In this document: positions 11,545 through 22,819 of the stretch, one piece after another | Position numbering within the stretch: the stretch's first letter is position 1 | How the letters are laid out: the number at the start of each line of letters is the position of its first letter | The notes under the pieces: model-generated | Told to the model about the DNA's origin: nothing | Seen by the model: the letters and a program-made list of their open reading frames with translations, nothing else | The model's database searches: none | Position numbers and translations under genes: made by a program | NCBI RefSeq assembly: GCF_001194135.2 | Contig: NC_068981.1 | Coordinates: 125,669,675-125,730,335 of the forward strand | DNA: 60,661 nucleotides | DNA from: Octopus bimaculoides | Lineage: Eukaryota | Reading direction: 5' to 3'

Positions 11545-12330
11545 CTGCATTGTGTGAAAGTACATTTATATGCATGTAGGTATCTCGATAGTCATTCAGA
11601 AATTCTATTAAGTATATACTCTTTAGTCTACAGAATAGACAGGGATTCCTTGGAGCAGAGGCGGCATCTCCTGGAAATTACATTGTATGGTCTTGCATTG
11701 AACAATTAATGTTGTACTTCGTTTTACCCTCCTTCAGTTGCCCTATAATATATTCCAAAGATGCTGAATGTCTCTTATTGATTGACTTAAAGTTGGCAAC
11801 ATGGTTACGATAATGATTCTTAAATGGATCAGCCGTCTGCCCAATGTAAACATAGGGCCCTCCCCTTGTGTGCACAGTACATTTATATACAAGATTTGTA
11901 CTTATACAGAGATTCATCAAAGGATATTTTGATTTATCTCTGCATGAGCATTTATCGTATTTATTTGTATATTAGATTGTAGCCTGGTGTTGCCATCCGG
12001 TTTCACCAGTCCTCAGTCAAATCGTCCAACCCATGCTAGCATGGAAGGCGGACGTTAAACGATGATGATGATGATGATGATAAGGCAGTCCCGACTTCAT
12101 TAACGGGCGTTGTTACCGTGCTAGCTGTACCATGAGTATTTCTACTACTACAAATTGGTGTTTATCAATGCGGTTTACATCTCCTTGGTTGGTATTTAGA
12201 TGCAAATGTTTGCTAGATCCAGTAGGTGGGTTATTGAACCTTTTCCACATTTTGCTGTTGTTTATGCAATGCATAAGCTGCTCTAAATTAGCAGAGTTGG
12301 CATAGGATACCTTCATGGTGTGTTGATGCT
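11545..12330 (-). pseudogene. PLE linker plus GIY-YIG endonuclease pseudo-ORF (frameshifted, with stops)
   Basis: HTMKVSYANSANLEQLM (linker); CSCRDKSKYPLMNLCISTNLVYKCTV...YVYIGQTADPFKNHYRNH...KRHSASL; then ARPYNVISRRCRLCSKESLSIL*TKEYILNRISE*LSRYLHAYK. These match PLE GIY-YIG motifs, including the CxLC and LNxxSE blocks. Confidence 0.9.
11975..12082 (+). mobile_element. RTE-type 3' tail fragment (family C, GAT tail) inserted into the PLE
   Basis: CAACCCATGCTAGCATGGAAGGCGGACGTTAAAC(GAT)n; interrupts the PLE frame. Confidence 0.8.
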
Positions 12331-12688
12331 TGTATGAACACGTGTACTCGTGCCATGCAGCTTGCCCAAGGCTGTTTATACATCCATATCTGTTAATGGT
12401 TATTTTCAATACTTTTCTTGCTGGATGACGTGTTTGTTTCTCTTTTTGTCTTCTGCAGTTTTATTTTTGATCTTCTATATATATGAAGATTTTTCTTTCA
12501 TCTGGCTGTTTTTCTCTCTACAAAACAGTAAATTACATTGTGGAACAGTAATTTTAACGAGTTGTTTTTATTTATTTATTATCCGATGAGATACATCTGC
12601 ACCACTGGATGCTCCTAAACCAGTTGTTGAGTGTCCCACAAGAGGAATCGATGCTAGATGTATATTCCATTTTCTGTCCTCCATTTGT

Positions 12689-12726
<38 letters not shown>

Positions 12727-12919
12727 TATAAACATAAAATGAAAACAGAACACAAAGGATTCCGCGGTACACGTGTTTTAAGCTTTATACACAAACAGTT
12801 GTTGCATCATTATCTGAGTATATAATTGATAGAAAGGATGGTTTAAAGCTATCTTTAGCCGCAAACATTCTCAGTCCCAAGATTACATCACAAAGAAAAA
12901 AGAAAAAGAGAGAGAAAAA

Positions 12920-13557
12920 GGAAGAGTCCACTTAGTATTATCCATTGTAATATGCTTATCCTTTAAATTGTTATATCTCCATAAAAGTTCCTTGGTATTC
13001 AAAAATCTGTCCATATTGTACCACATTTCAGGGTTGTGGTATTTGGAAAGTTTGTGAGGAACCCATTGTTCCAATTTACTAACTTTTCTAATGGTACACA
13101 GGTGTTGACAAGTGGTTGAGTGAATAAATCCAAGCTCCTCTGCTAATTCCTCAACAGTTATGATGGGATTTTGTTCCATAAGGATTTGCAGAACATCCTT
13201 GCTGAGCTCTACAAGGTTTGTCTTCTAGGCTGTAGTTTCTAGCTTGGAATTTCTGGAACCACTACTTACATTCATTGTCCGATCCCAATATATTGCATTA
13301 ATATTCCTCACGCTTTGCCGTGTGTTGTTGCCTTTATCGAACTCATAAAGCAAAATATGCCCCTTTGTCACTTCTGTTATAGCTTTGAAAAAATAACTGT
13401 TAAAATCGAACTGCACTTTTCAAAACTTGCACTAAGAATAAGGACAACGTAAAATTACTACCTACTTTTATAGCAAGTTGATGCAGATAGCTTATCCTAT
13501 CCCACTCCGACTTTTAGTTCATGCAATTGAAAAAAACTGCAATATTTATGGGATGAC

Positions 13558-13562
<5 letters not shown>
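12920..13562 (-). mobile_element. 5' part of a decayed mariner (DD34D-type) transposon
   Basis: Terminus TA-TTGGGTCATCCCATAAAT; peptides HILLYEFDKGNNTRQSVRNINAIY and NPIITVEELAEELG...KVSKLEQWVPHKLS (WVPHEL motif). Confidence 0.85.
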
Positions 13563-13596
<34 letters not shown>

Positions 13597-13662
13597 GGTT
13601 AAGATTCCTGGCTTCCGTCCAGGTTCCATTCTCAGCATGGGAATGCTATTATTTATTTTATA

Positions 13663-14126
13663 GGCACAGGCACAAATGTGAGGTAGAAGTTTGTTTTCCC
13701 CACCACATGGTTCCAGGATCAGTCTCACTGCATGGCACTTGGGCAAGTATCTTCTACAATAGCCTCAGGCCAACCAAAGCCTTGTAATTTAGTGGGCACA
13801 AACTGAAACTATCATGTGTGTGTATGTATGTGTAAATGTGTGTGTGTGTGTGTGTGTGTGCTTGTGCACATGTGCATGTATGTGTTTCTCCCCTACCACT
13901 GCTAGACAACTGGTGTTGGTTTGTTTATATTCTTGTAGCCTAGCAGTTCAGCAAAAGAGACTGATAGAATAAGTACCAGGTGTAAAAAATAAGTACTGGG
14001 GCTGATATCATTTGACTAACCCCTTCATGCGTGTTTGTGTATATGTGTTTAGGGTGTGTGATTTTGTATGTGTGCATGCTTCAGCATAGCAACAGTTTCA
14101 TATCTGAAGCAAGTAAAAAGTAAAAG
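13663..14126 (+). mobile_element. SINE family A, tail type 1
   Basis: tRNA-like head, family core, internal (TG)n and GAAGCAAGTAAAAAG tail. Confidence 0.75.
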
Positions 14127-14163
14127 GTATATATATGTGTATATATATATATATATATATTTC

Positions 14164-14632
14164 ATATTATTTAAAGCAATTTGACTTAAGGTTATGTAAG
14201 CTCCTTACAGAAACCTAGTTCATTGGGCTGTTTCCAAATGGAGAGATGAAGAAAGTCCAAGGTGGCTCCAGGAAATATGGCTGCTGTTGCTCAAGGTGGG
14301 TCACATGGTGTTGTTAGAAGTGAGATTAACGTTCCAGCATACATGTTCTTCCAGGCAAACATGCACACATTCATATGTATGCATATAAATACAGGAATGT
14401 ACATGCTCATGTTCACCGATCCTCCATAATCACACATATTGTAAACACATACATGCACATATGCATATACAACAAGCACTAATACACACATTTGCATGTG
14501 CACACATGTACACACACACATACACACTTATTCATACAAATGTTACTCATGTAACTGATGTACACAGCTGACACACACACCCATACCTTCATGCACACAA
14601 GTAGTCACAGATGGCTGATAGGCACCCACACC

Positions 14633-14671
<39 letters not shown>

Positions 14672-14681
14672 NNNNNNNNNN

Positions 14682-14726
<45 letters not shown>

Positions 14727-15072
14727 GCACCCTAGCAGACATCTACATATACACCAATGAACTAATGCCATGAGCTCTTACCCACACACCCACCAGCTTA
14801 CACACACATGTCCGTCCCCCTCACACACACATAGCTGATGCATAAGCATCAGAAACCCACCTCTATGCATTCATACATCTGGTATATACATATACACCCT
14901 CACTGGCCATGTATTTAATGACCATGTGACCTGCCTTGACCAACAACAGCCCAATTTCTGATAGCCATCTCCCCATTTGTTTAACTGCATCCCAACAAGC
15001 TAGGTTTCTGCAAGAAGCCTGCAAAACTTTAAGTCACACTGGGCTAAATCAAACTGTCTTAAATAGTAATAT
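14164..15072. repeat. Old foldback-like structure: diverged ~150-bp inverted arms around a CA-rich interior
   Basis: 14182-14309 matches the reverse complement of 14921-15036 (shared blocks TGACTTAA, CAGAAACCTAG, AAATGG.GAGATG, GGTCACATGGT). Confidence 0.7.
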
Positions 15073-15166
15073 ATGTAACTGCCACTAAATGTGTTGAGTG
15101 CTTCTTTCTTTCATTTGTTCACTCACAAGTGTGTGTCTGTGTGTATATGTATGTATGTATGCATGC

Positions 15167-15208
<42 letters not shown>

Positions 15209-15352
15209 ACNNNNNNNNNNCACAGAGAGAGAGAGAGAGAGAGAAAGAGAAAGAGAGAGAGAGAGAGAAAGGGATTCAGAAGAATATGGTACTTAACTTT
15301 AGGCACCAGAATTTAGTATATTATCCATACAGTTTCAAAATAAGGTGATTAA

Positions 15353-15705
15353 AGTCAAAATAAGCAACAAGTATATCCAAAGTTAATGCAGTATGATTGT
15401 TTCATGCGGCTCCATTTAATTGAGCAATGTAAACTCTGCTTAGAATTATTTACTAGCCTGTATGGTCTGGCTAAATCAAAATGGTTTTTTGTATTCCTCC
15501 TTTCTACTTCGAGAGTTTAGATTTAATTATAAAAATATGTCTTTCTGTTTAAATGTAATTTCATTAAATATCTATATCTTTGTGCAGCTGAAGATTGCTC
15601 TACATTTTATATTTGATGTAATGTTTACATTGCACAATTAAATGGAGTCACATGAAATAATCGTTACTGCATTAACTTTGGATATCCTTGTTGTTTATTT
15701 TGACT
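15353..15705. mobile_element. MITE with ~80-bp TIRs
   Basis: AGTCAAAATAAGCAACAAGTATATCCAAAGTTAATGCAGTA...AATGTAAAC matches the reverse complement of the right end with few mismatches. Confidence 0.85.
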
Positions 15706-15720
15706 ATATATATATATATA

Positions 15721-16091
15721 GGTGCAGGAGTGGTTGTGTGGTAACTAGCTTGCTTACTAACCACATGGTTCCGGGTTCATTCCCACTGCGTGGCACCTTG
15801 GGCAAGTGTCTTCTACTATAGCCTCGGGCTGACCAAAGCCTTGTGAGTGGATTTGGTAGACGGAAACTGAAAGAAGCCCGTCGTATATATATGTGTATGT
15901 ATGTGTGTGTGTGTTCCCTCAGCATCGATGGTGGTGTGTTTACGTCCCCGTAACTTAGCGGTTCGGCAAAAGAGACCGATAGAATAAGTACTAGGCTTCC
16001 AAAAATAAGTCCTGGGGTCGATTTGCTCGACTAAAAGGCGGTGCTCCAGCATGGCCGCAGTCAAATGACTGAAACAAATAAAAGAATAAAA

Positions 16092-16093
<2 letters not shown>
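15721..16093 (+). mobile_element. Near-full-length young SINE family A, tail type 1
   Basis: A-box TGGTTGTGTGG, B-box GGTTCATTCC, core GGCAAGTGTCTTCTACTATAGCC...GGAAACTGAAAGAAGCCC, tail GCAGTCAAATGACTGAAACAAATAAAAGA; inserted in (AT)n. Confidence 0.9.
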
Positions 16094-16146
<53 letters not shown>

Positions 16147-16347
16147 AACAATATATACTAGCTGAATTACCCAGTAATACTCAGAAAAGCAAGGGTTATT
16201 TTCATTTCCCATTCCCATTACACTGTTTCATGTCCTATCCCATTCACTGTTCAGTTCCTGTTTTAGTTCCGCTCTCATTACTATCCCTAATCCTATGTCA
16301 ATATATAAATTTTAGAATCAATTAGGTGTAATTAAGCTATTAAATAT

Positions 16348-16850
16348 ATGGTTGAAGAAAAAGTTTGTCTGCTGTGTTAAAATAATGATTTTTTTATGCA
16401 AGAATTTATTCAAAAACAAGAACTATACTTCAAAATAAAGACCATCGTTTTCCACAACCTTCTGTCAATGAACTGCAAGCTTTTGGATTTGGTCAAGTAC
16501 CAATCCTTCGGCTTTGAATCTAAAAATTCTTGACAGGCTTCTTTAACTTCTTCGAATGAGTCAAATCGGCAACCTTTCATAAAGTGCTGCATTGATTGGA
16601 AGAGGTCGTAGTCAGATGGAGTAACATCTGGACTATAGGCTGGAGGCAGCAGAACTTCCACACTGTCCAATTCTTCAATCTTGTTGCCGGTCTTTCTGGT
16701 GGTATGCGGCTTTGCATTGTCTTGTTGAAACAAAGCACATTTTCAACAAACAAGTCTTGGGTACTTTTCAACCAGCACATCGTAGACTCGATCAAGTGGC
16801 TCACAGTAAAGTTCAGCATTGATGGCATGACCATTCAGTACACACTTGGC
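16348..16850 (-). mobile_element. 3' part of a decayed mariner transposase (DD34D-type)
   Basis: FQQDNAKPHT...PPAYSPDVTPSDYDLFQSMQHFMKGCRFDSFEEV (HDNA and YSPDLAPSD motifs). Confidence 0.92.
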
Positions 16851-16988
16851 ACATGAACTTTTTCCTCAGCCTAATATTTTATTGACCTTTATGGTAATAG
16901 TTTATTGCTAGAAATAGGTATTACAAACTATTAATATGATTAGTGGATGAATAAGGAATGTCCCTATATTATTTTGATAAACAAATAT

Positions 16989-17190
16989 GCTAACAGAATC
17001 ATTATCAGGTCAGGCAGAATGCTTGACAGCATTTCATCCTTCTTTATGTTCTGAATTCAAACTCCACCAAGGTCGATCTTGCCTTTCATCCTTTCAGGGC
17101 AGATAAAATAAGTATCAGTTAAGCACTGGGGTTGATGTAATTGACTATCCCCCTTTCCCAACCTTGCTGACCTTTTGCCAAAATTCAAAA
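16989..17190 (+). mobile_element. SINE family B
   Basis: GAATTCAAACTCCACCAAGGTCGATCTTGCCTTTCATCC...CACTGGGGTTGATGTAATTGACT. Confidence 0.8.
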
Positions 17191-17599
17191 CCATTATTTA
17201 TATATTGCTTGCTAGAATCGGTGAAGGGAGTGGCTAGATTATTTCAATGTCTAAGTCTTTGTTTCTGCATTTGTTTGCTTGCAGAATGAGTTTCACCTTT
17301 CCTCCCCCATGTAGCAGCTTAAGAAACATCTTTCATCATTAAAGTCCTAACAATGAAGGTGATTGTACTAATTGGAATATCTCCAAATTGTGCATTTATG
17401 CTCACTGGTTTGTTAAATGAAATGATAAACACTTTCATTCAAAGGTATTACCAGTTTCTTTAAGAATTCTCTTTATTGTCATTGATACCACATAAAAAGA
17501 ATCCAGTACACTTCGTAAAGTGATTGGTATTTGGAAGGGCATCAAGTCATAGAAACTATTCCAAAGCACACATTGAGAACAGGGCTATTTACCTGATGG

Positions 17600-18555
17600 A
17601 AAATGAGTTTTATCTTCTTACTAACAACAACTTTGGTCTTAGCTCAGTTAAATTTAAGGCCCTTTGATTCCAGGTTTTGTTTCTATACCTGGAATTTCTT
17701 CTTTAATTCTGCTAAAGCTTCTGCAATAAGAGCAAGGTCATCAGCATGTAGTAGTTCCCATGGGCACCCAGTTTTGAATTCCTCTGTTATGGCCCGGAAG
17801 ACTATAATAAATAAGAGTGGGTTGAGAACTGAGCCCTGGTGAACCCCTATCTGTATGCTAAATTCATCACTGCATTCATGGCTGACTCTCACCTTACTGA
17901 CAGCACTACTGTATATAGCTTGCACAGCTTTAACAAGTCACTCCCCTACTCGTAACTTTCTTAGAGACTACCTATAACAGAGCAGGGAACTCTGTCAAAA
18001 GCTTTCCTCAGATCAACGAAGGCTAAGTACAATGGCTTACTTTTGGCCAAGTACTCTTCCTGCAGCTGTTTCACTAGGAAGATGGCATCTGTGGTAATCT
18101 TCCCAGGTACAAAACCAAACTGCATCTCATCTATTTAATTCTATTTCTAACCAATCGATTAGATTACACCAGTCATTGAGGATGATGCCTTCCTGAATAA
18201 CTTTATTAATTATATGGGTGACTAACCTGTATCCTACACCACCGGAAATTTTAATCATTTTGGCACTGATTCCTGATGGACCAGGGTCTTTCTCTGTCTT
18301 CATGACCTTAATTGCCTTATCTATTATTCTGCTATCAACTCTGATGGCTGGTTCTTCAATTGGTTTGATATTTGGTATACTTTCTTTCTCCCATTCATTT
18401 TCCACATTTAGTAACCTTTCATAATGACACTTCCATGCATCTTTCTTCACTGAGTCACTAAGTGCAAGCATACCATTATCCATTCACACACATTTCTCAC
18501 ATACCACATCTCTATTTTCTCTGATACACTGCTTTGCAATCCTGAGCAAATTCTA
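17600..18555 (-). mobile_element. Internally deleted RTE-clade LINE reverse transcriptase fragment
   Basis: KDAWKCHYERLLNVENEW; KDPGPSGISAKMIK; MQFGFVPGKITTDAIF...LAFVDLRKAFDRVP; GVHQGSVLNPLLFIIV; ELLHADDLALIAE. Confidence 0.95.
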
Positions 18556-18599
18556 TATGATTTATAGTAAATTGCCTTTGATGAAAATGATCAATGTTT

Positions 18600-18830
18600 T
18601 CCTCAGTGGTGGCAGTTGCATGACATCCAGACTTCAAGACTCTCTCTTCTTCTAAATTCAGCTGCCCACTTTTGAACTGTTGTTAAAGCTGGAGTATCAT
18701 CCCCTAAAGTAGCAACTATGTCAACATGAATGTCGTTGGGGGCTAAACCTTTTTTCTGCAGGTACTTGATAACAGCACAATGCCAAATTTTGTCCATTTT
18801 CAAGAGAAGTCACTACTAGTTAAGATAATT
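18600..18830 (-). mobile_element. Mariner transposase N-terminal (HTH) fragment, irritans-like
   Basis: MDKIWHCAVIKYLQKKGLAPNDIHVDIVATLGDDTPALTTVQKWAAEFRRRESLE. Confidence 0.85.
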
Positions 18831-18894
18831 GTTAGTGTGTTGGACCAAAATATTTAGTGGCATTTTTTTTCAGCTTTTTACAGTCTTAGTTTCT

Positions 18895-19028
18895 ATTTTG
18901 CCAAGGTCAACTTTGCCTTCCATCTTTTGGGAGTTGATGAAATCAGTACCAGTCAAGTACTGGGGTTGATGTAATCAACTTGCACCTTCCCCTCAAAACT
19001 GCTGGCTTTGTGCCAAAATTATAAAGGA

Positions 19029-19030
<2 letters not shown>
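18895..19030 (+). mobile_element. SINE family B fragment
   Basis: GCCAAGGTCAACTTTGCCTTCCATC...TACTGGGGTTGATGTAATCAACT. Confidence 0.75.
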
Positions 19031-19068
<38 letters not shown>

Positions 19069-19628
19069 GCCAAAAAAAAAAACAATTTTGTGTCCTTGTA
19101 AATTGATCTTTCGGATTTATATTTGTATTCATCTCTGGTAAATGAATATTTTTTATTCTCCCAATTGGGTTTTTCTTTATTGCATCTAAAATCTTATTGA
19201 CTAAAAAATATCTGTCTGGTTGAATATGAAGATGATCTCATTTGTGAAAGGTGTCAACCTTCAACCAACTTTACTTATATATGCACACACAACCTTTGTA
19301 GATATAATTCGTAATATCATAATATGGATTTATTTTCAGCTTTCTATATTAAATTCTCATCCTGTTTAAATAAAGAATATATAGAGAAGCATTTAATGTT
19401 GATGGGTTTTATTGACAGACCCACCATACAGATATTAGGATTTATTTTTCTTTACTTCCCAGTAAAAAGATATGTATATGCTTGCATGAATCATAAACAT
19501 TTGCTTCATATTTACTAGTATATATTGGGCAGGTCTCCATATATCCAATTTCCATGGGATTTTATCTTTAACATTTTATCCTTAAAACTAGCTACATTTT
19601 CTCAATTTTTCTAACGCCTTCTTTTACT

Positions 19629-20043
19629 TATTCTTTATTCTTTTATTCTTTTACTTGTTTCAGTCATTTGACTGCAGCCATGCTGGAGCACCGCCTTTTT
19701 TTTTTTTAGTCGCGCAAATCGACCCCAGGACTTATTCTTTGTAAGCCTAGTACTTATTCTATCAGTCTCTTTTTGCTGAACCAATAAGTTACGGGGACGT
19801 AAACACACCAGCATCGGTTGTCAAGTGATGTTGGAGGGAGACACACAAACATATACACATACATATATATATATACATATATACAACGGGCTTCTTTCAG
19901 TTTCCGTCTACCAAATCCACTCACAAGGCTTTGGTTGGTCCGAGGCTATAGAAGACACTTGCCCAAGGTGCCACACAGTGGGACTGAACCCTGAACCATG
20001 TGGTAGATAAGTAAGCTACTTACCACACGGCCACTCCTGTGCC
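19629..20043 (-). mobile_element. Near-full-length young SINE family A, tail type 1
   Basis: Reverse complement is closely similar to 15721-16093 from head to tail. Confidence 0.9.
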
Positions 20044-20329
20044 TATAATCTTTTAGCTAATCTTTTAGTAAGTAATAATATTAAATTACTCATGATTCTA
20101 ATTTCTGAGCAATATGTTCATGATGTTTTTGTTCATTTACACAAGACATTTGATACTATGCACACTTTGCTAAATAATATCCCTGTAATATTAGAAATAT
20201 ATCAATTACTGTGTCTCTCTGTTCTATTTTGTGGTGCACTTTACAAGTACATTGATTTCATTATGATGCTAATTGACTTGTCTAAGAAATATCTAAACCA
20301 ATAAAATAAAAATAGTTCTTTCTATTATA

Positions 20330-20750
20330 GACACAAGGCCTGAAATTTGAAGATGGAGAGGGGCTGGTAAATTACATTAACCCCAGTGCTCAACTGGCAC
20401 TTATTCTATTGACCCCAGAAGGATGAAAGGCAATTTAACCTCAGCATCATTTGAACTCAGATCATAAAGCCAGAAGAAATTCTCATTTCTTTATTGCCCA
20501 CAAGGGGCTAAACATAGAGGGAACAAACAAGGACAGACGAACGGATTGAGTCGATTACATCGACCCCAGTGCGTAACTGGTACTTAATTTATCGACCCCG
20601 AAAGGATGAAAGGCAAAGTCGACCACAGCGGAATTTGAACTCAGAAATACTGCTAAGCATTTCGCCCAGCATGCTAACGATTCTGCCAGCTCGCCAGAAG
20701 AAATTCTTTTAAGCATTTTCTTCAGTGTGTTAAGAGTTCTGCCTGCTCAC
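20330..20750 (-). mobile_element. SINE family B (older host copy, split by a nested insertion)
   Basis: Family-B sequence resumes after the insert (AAGCATTTTCTTCAGTGTGTTAAGAGTTCTGCC). Confidence 0.75.
20484..20695 (-). mobile_element. Young full-length SINE family B nested in another copy
   Basis: 12-bp TSD AGAAGAAATTCT at 20472-20483 and 20696-20707; head GGCGAGCTGGCAGAATCG; B-box-like GAGTTCAAATTCC. Confidence 0.9.
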
Positions 20751-20769
20751 AACCCTAAATAATAATCAT

Positions 20770-20960
20770 CTCAAATTTTGGTAACAAAGCCAGTAATTTT
20801 AGGGATAGGGGATTAATTGATTACATTGACCCTAGTGTTCAACTGGTACTTATTTTAATCACCCGGAAAAGATAAAGGCAAAGTTGAACACAGCAGTATT
20901 TGAGTTCAATGTAATGAGTCAGAAGAAATGCCACTAAGCATTTTGTTTGACATGCTAAGT
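20770..20960 (-). mobile_element. SINE family B
   Basis: ATTACATTGACCCTAGTGTTCAACTGGTACTT...AAAGGCAAAGTTGA. Confidence 0.75.
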
Positions 20961-21375
20961 GGCAAAGTAGCTGAGTTCCTGTTGAGTGTCGGGCCTCCCG
21001 AAAGCAAAGTGGCTGAGTTCCTTTGAGCATTGGGCCTCATGGAGGCAAGGTGGCCGAGTTTCTTTTGAGTGTTGGACCTCATGGAGGCAATGACTGAGAC
21101 CTTTGGCATTATGTCATGCTTGAGAAGACCCATCAAGTCAAACAAAATCAGTCATGGCAGATACCGGTATCACACAAATGGCACCCATGCCAGTGGCATG
21201 TAAAAGCACCCATTACACTCTCAGAATGGATGGCGTTAGGAAGGGCATCCAGTTGTAGAAAACCATGCCAAATCAGACTGGAGTCAAGAGCAGCCTTCCA
21301 GCTTACCAGCCCTGATCAAACTGTCTAGCGCATGCCAGCATGGACAATGGATGTTAAACGATGATGATGATGATG
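20960..21375 (+). mobile_element. RTE-type 3' region (family C) with ~41-bp tandem repeats and GAT tail
   Basis: About three units of GGCAAAGTGGCTGAGTTCCTTTGAG...GGGCCTC at 20960-21090; ends GGATGTTAAAC(GAT)n; homologous to 60078-60380. Confidence 0.75.
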
Positions 21376-21734
21376 CTACTGATTCTTCCAGCTTGCTGCT
21401 TTAATGTAAGAGAATCAAAAAGATCATGTATGCGAGATTGTGCCAGTGGCTGCAGGTTCATACACCAATAGTTTGATGTAAAACACAAAGTAATCACTCA
21501 GTTAAAGTTTAACTGTGTAATTACTTTGTGTTTTACATCAAACTATTGGTGTATGAACCTGCAGCCACTGGCACAATCTCGCATACATGATCTTTTTGAT
21601 TCTCTTACATTAAAGCAGCAAGCTGGAAGAATCAGTAGCATCATCATCATTTAACATCCATTGTCCAAGCTGGCATGGGTTGGACAGTTTGATCAGGGCT
21701 AGTAAGCTGGAAGGCTGCACCAGACTCTAGTCTG
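21274..21734. repeat. ~460-bp palindrome (inverted duplication) centred at 21507
   Basis: The inner ~120 bp of the two arms are identical reverse complements; centre CAGTTAAA-G-TTTAACTG; the outer ~100 bp (family-C tail) are diverged. Confidence 0.95.
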
Positions 21735-22387
21735 TTAAACACACAGCCAAAACATTTTTTCCAGCCCTCTGATGATCTTGCTAGCTTACCACCATCAAAA
21801 AACAAAACAAAACAAACAAAAAAACAACAATAATAAAATACCTTTACCTTATCTCATTTCTTTACCACCTTCTACCTTGATTAATATATTTAGATTTTAG
21901 GAAAATTTCCATCTTCAGTTGGAATACACCCTAGGTTTGATTCTCAAATACTTTCTTTAATAAATATTTCTTTTTACAAATTTCTCTCCATTTTAAAGGA
22001 TAAAAATTCTATTCTTAATTAAGCTTGTTGTTGGGCATTAGCTCCTGGTCATCCCTGATTGAGCAGACCTATGATGAAAGGTATTCTACCCTGATCATCC
22101 CTTCTTTTTCCATTGTATCAAAAACTATCTTGTCTACGAGTAGTATGGCCTTCCTTTTTTTAAGATGATATAATGTGGTTTGAGAGTGATTTATCTAGTG
22201 TTTGCCTGCAGGTCAAGCAACTGCACAGAATCTTCCTCATTAGCTCTAGAATAAAGTAAAATATATAAAGAATAAAGTAAAATATATATAAACAAAAACT
22301 GAAGGAAAAGCATGCCTCTATCTATACTTAATGTGTTTCAAATCCGTTTACAGTATTGATGGTCATAATCATTTACTGTTGATATTT

Positions 22388-22819
22388 CATCATCATCATC
22401 ATTGTCGTCATCATTTTCATCATTTTTCTATGCTTGCATGGGTTAGATGGAATTTGTTGAGCCAGATTTACTACATCTGGATGCTCTTTCTGTCACCAAC
22501 CTTCACCTGTTTACAAAAAGGTAATATTTCCCCATGACCAAAGATGTTTTACATAGAATATTGGAAATGAACAACCTCTCTTGTATGACGATGCTCATTT
22601 ACAACCATCATATGATGTCTAGACAAGGGTACACACAAACACAAGCACATGCACATATATATATTATGGCTTCTTTCACTTTCTGTCTACCAAATCCACT
22701 CATAAGGCTTTGGTCATCTCAGGATTATAGTAGAAAACAGTTGCCCATGGTGTCACACTGTGAGACTTAACCCAAGACCATATGGTTGAGAAGCAAGCTT
22801 CTTAACCACATAACCATAG
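22388..22819 (-). mobile_element. Full-length SINE family A, tail type 2
   Basis: tRNA-like head and family-A core, followed by the alternative 3' half ending in (GAT)n. Confidence 0.8.

Larger units (their letters stand above)
10885..12691 (-). mobile_element. 5'-truncated Penelope-like retroelement with inverted terminal arms (10885-11292 and 12326-12691)
   Basis: The arms are reverse-complement homologues and enclose a minus-strand GIY-YIG pseudo-ORF and RT-EN linker. Confidence 0.85.

Noticed and set aside
15721-15800. tRNA-like A/B boxes here and at other SINE heads
   Set aside because: They continue into SINE bodies and lack a cloverleaf acceptor stem, so they are not tRNA genes.
12920-16850. 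Mariner N-terminal (13 kb) and C-terminal (16.5 kb) fragments as one split element
   Set aside because: Both are on the minus strand but in the wrong order for a single element.
20960-21095. Regularly spaced ~41-bp repeats resembling a CRISPR array
   Set aside because: The units are contiguous with no unique spacers, lie inside a retroelement 3' region, and the context is eukaryotic.
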